From positions 765,759 to 829,758 of the forward strand of contig BDGG01000016.1 in NCBI GenBank assembly GCA_001949185.1: a stretch of DNA of 64,000 nucleotides, written 5' to 3'. Position 1 is the stretch's first letter. Each line of letters opens with the position of its first letter. Origin of the DNA: Ramazzottius varieornatus. Its lineage: Eukaryota > Animalia > Tardigrada. Under the pieces are notes generated by a model. That model did not search any database and had not been told where the DNA came from. It worked only from the letters and a program-made list of their open reading frames with translations. The position numbers and the translations under genes were made by a program. Below are positions 61,569 to 64,000 of this stretch, one piece after another.

Positions 61569-63805
61569 TCAGGACTGTACAAGAGAACTGTAGTCGATCT
61601 GATCCAGATTTATGCTTTCACGAGGCATTGCCTGTGGCTTCAGTCCTATTGTACGTGTCAAACGGCCTTCTTGCAGAATGCAACGTTGAATGTCTTTGAG
61701 GAGGACACTATTGTGCAGCTGGTCCACAACGGTAAAGTGATCCCGGTCAGGAATTTCTAGAGGCTCGGCGAGCTTGAATGCTTGGTCGTCCGAGGTCCCT
61801 CGTCGGGGTTTCAGCTTCTCCTTGATTTCCTGTGTGTGAAACAAAGGGAAACTCAAGATATGAGCAGAAGAACGACGCAATACGGTGTAGCGTATATTGA
61901 AAATATACTGAAAAGAAACTCACTTACCCGGTGATACTTTTCGGATTGTTCACGAAAGACCGGTGGGTCGTACTGTCCGAATACGATTGTAAGGGTCGTG
62001 TTGGGTGCCTTTAACAGGTTCTTGACCAAGGCTTCGACCAGGTTTATCGGGCTGCAGTCCTCAATTTCCCGCGCGGTCAGCTTCAAGGGTTCGTTGACGT
62101 ACGTGCGGCTAATTGGCTCCAGATCGTATACGCCACTCACAAGCCAGACACATGTAATCGCAAAACGTTGTTGTAGTGCGTGAAGATGACCGTTCATGGT
62201 CTGAGTTATCGGGTACCTTTTACAAGAGGAAGGAACGGAGAAGCTTGGGCGTGGTCTAACTGAGAAAGCATGGTGGCAACCAGATGAGCTCCGGCTGAAT
62301 GTCCAATAAAATGTGCACCACTATAAGCCACAATACAGTGGGCCAGAAATAGTTTTGGGGGAGTCAGAAGTGTAATTGATATACCTGCATTGCAACACTT
62401 GCGCTAGATTGCCAACGAAGGTGAAGAGTTCCTGCATTTGTTGGCATATTCCCGTTATCGATGCTGCAAAGAGGAATTTTACAGGAAAACAATGTGATCT
62501 TGTGGAGTCGAAACCGGCGCAGCAGCATTACGTACCCTGTTGGCCGTACTGCTTTTCGCTGGCTAAAACGTAGTCCACCGCCAAGAAAATCGTTGCAGTT
62601 CTGGCTGGAGAACCACTGCATATGGGTAGAGCAAGAAACGCCGATTCTTCCTTACTATAATTACATCACCTGTCGTTGCCCATTGTCAATTGCGCTTTCG
62701 AGAACTCCAGGAACCTACTGAGTGCAATACAGTGAATACATACCTCAGAAACTGCCAGTATCCGCCATGAACGTAAGCGATCAGTTGCGCTCCTGCAATG
62801 AACCGATAACTAAGATAAATGCATATCTACCGATGGCTTGCCATTTCTACTCGTACACGCACGACGAGATATTACGGGCCAGTAAAAATTACGAGCTAGG
62901 CGGAAAAGACGGCAAATTTACAATCTGTATGGAAGTCAGAAACAGAAATCGGACAAATGACGTAACGTAGTAAAGTTCAACCGTAGGAAATTGTTATGGA
63001 CAGTGGCCATCAGCTGGTTAGCTGTTTTACTCTAACGCTTCTATGCTGCTGTCGACGTTCTCCCGGAGGCCGGAGAAACCTTGGAGTAGCTTGAACTGTT
63101 GAAGGTATAATGAAGATCTGACTGCTGTGACAAAAATATGACAAGCTTTAGCTCCTCGGCCCAATATCCAGCACGCACGTACAGCAGTGTAGCCTTCGAT
63201 GTGGTTTTTACTTGAAGCAAGAATCACCTGCCCGTGCCGCCGTAGCGAAAAGGCCTGGTCCGCAATTTTTACTGGCCCGTAATATCTCGTCGTGCGTGTA
63301 CTACAAGTAGTAAACGGTGAATAAGGCTCAAATGATCCAGATTCATAAGTGCTTCCTGTTATATTTGTCGAACTCACCAGGCGCGACAGTGGATGAAGAG
63401 GAGTAAAGGTCTAGCACATTTTTGAGTGTGGATCCGTATTGCAGGTTGATTTTCGAATATAGCTCTTCCGTAGCCTTCTTACTTTCTAAAAGGCATAATA
63501 GCAAAACTCGAAAATGATGGATAAACGATCGAGGAGGAAGAGTCACTTGTAATTTGAGCTGCGGTCTTTTCACCTTGTAGTGTGGTTGAAACGTGGCGTT
63601 GGATGGTCTCCTCGGAGCTGAGACCCCGATTATTCCACAAACTTGGAGAATAAGCTCGATCCAGCTCCTACAATTTGTACGCGTTGTACTGCAGAACAGC
63701 CCAAAACGTAATTTTGGTGTAACATGGATATATCATACGTACCGACAGGGAGGAAAGCGCTTTACTGGTGATGGCGTTCTTCTTGCTGAAAGAAGAGACG
63801 GCCAT
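61569..63805 (-). CDS. AFMID: Kynurenine formamidase (alpha/beta hydrolase), multi-exon
   Basis: ELDRAYSPSLW, LQYG, YVHGGYWQ, GHSAGAHL nucleophile elbow, SGVYDLEPI..TYVN, DHF. Confidence 0.88.
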
Positions 63806-64000
63806 GGTTGTCCCGGAACCTTTGACGATGGAAATGTACCACGGGTTTGCACGTTCGTGGGGAAAGACCAGTTACTGTTCTTCTGTGGCATAATATAGGA
63901 CGGAGATAATTATCGCTGATGAAAGATTAGAAAACCACAACAGTGGACAAACGCTAGGGCAAATCGGAGAAAGCTACGTCTTTTTTGAATACGAGAGAGG

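Noticed and set aside
1-64000. tRNA/rRNA genes
   Set aside because: None recognisable by eye; small ncRNAs cannot be excluded without a covariance-model search.

Overview
Gene-dense eukaryotic DNA with many short GT-AG introns (mostly about 60-120 nt). This fits a compact invertebrate genome; a tardigrade-like organism is plausible but is inference only. The first ~11 kb is a decayed transposon cluster: an LTD-like pseudogene, a hAT/ZNF862-type transposase pseudogene split by an unidentified ~750 bp insert and a TA-flanked Tigger element, a complete TIR-bounded pogo element with an intron-containing transposase, and a degenerate SAP/ORF1-like frame. From ~11.4 kb onward there is a run of host genes: a mucin-like type I membrane protein, CISD, RPB8, a very short Cep192/Spd-2-like gene, a 14-exon NifS/SufS-like cysteine desulfurase-TtcA fusion, a class A GPCR, PRPF6, AQR, Pur-alpha, seipin, PIKfyve/Fab1, DCAF10-like, TMEM209-like and kynurenine formamidase. 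Two things stand out. (1) A ~120-bp palindromic element occurs at 22 loci (25 cores), almost all in introns. Its core is AAGTGGCGCAC-N25-GTGCGCCACTT; the spacer is exactly 25 bp in 22 of 25 cores despite heavy sequence divergence, and the arms co-vary. (2) The intact, spliced desulfurase-TtcA fusion looks like a self-contained sulfur-relay/RNA-thiolation enzyme in an animal-type genome. Gene models were reconstructed by eye and exon boundaries may contain small errors.
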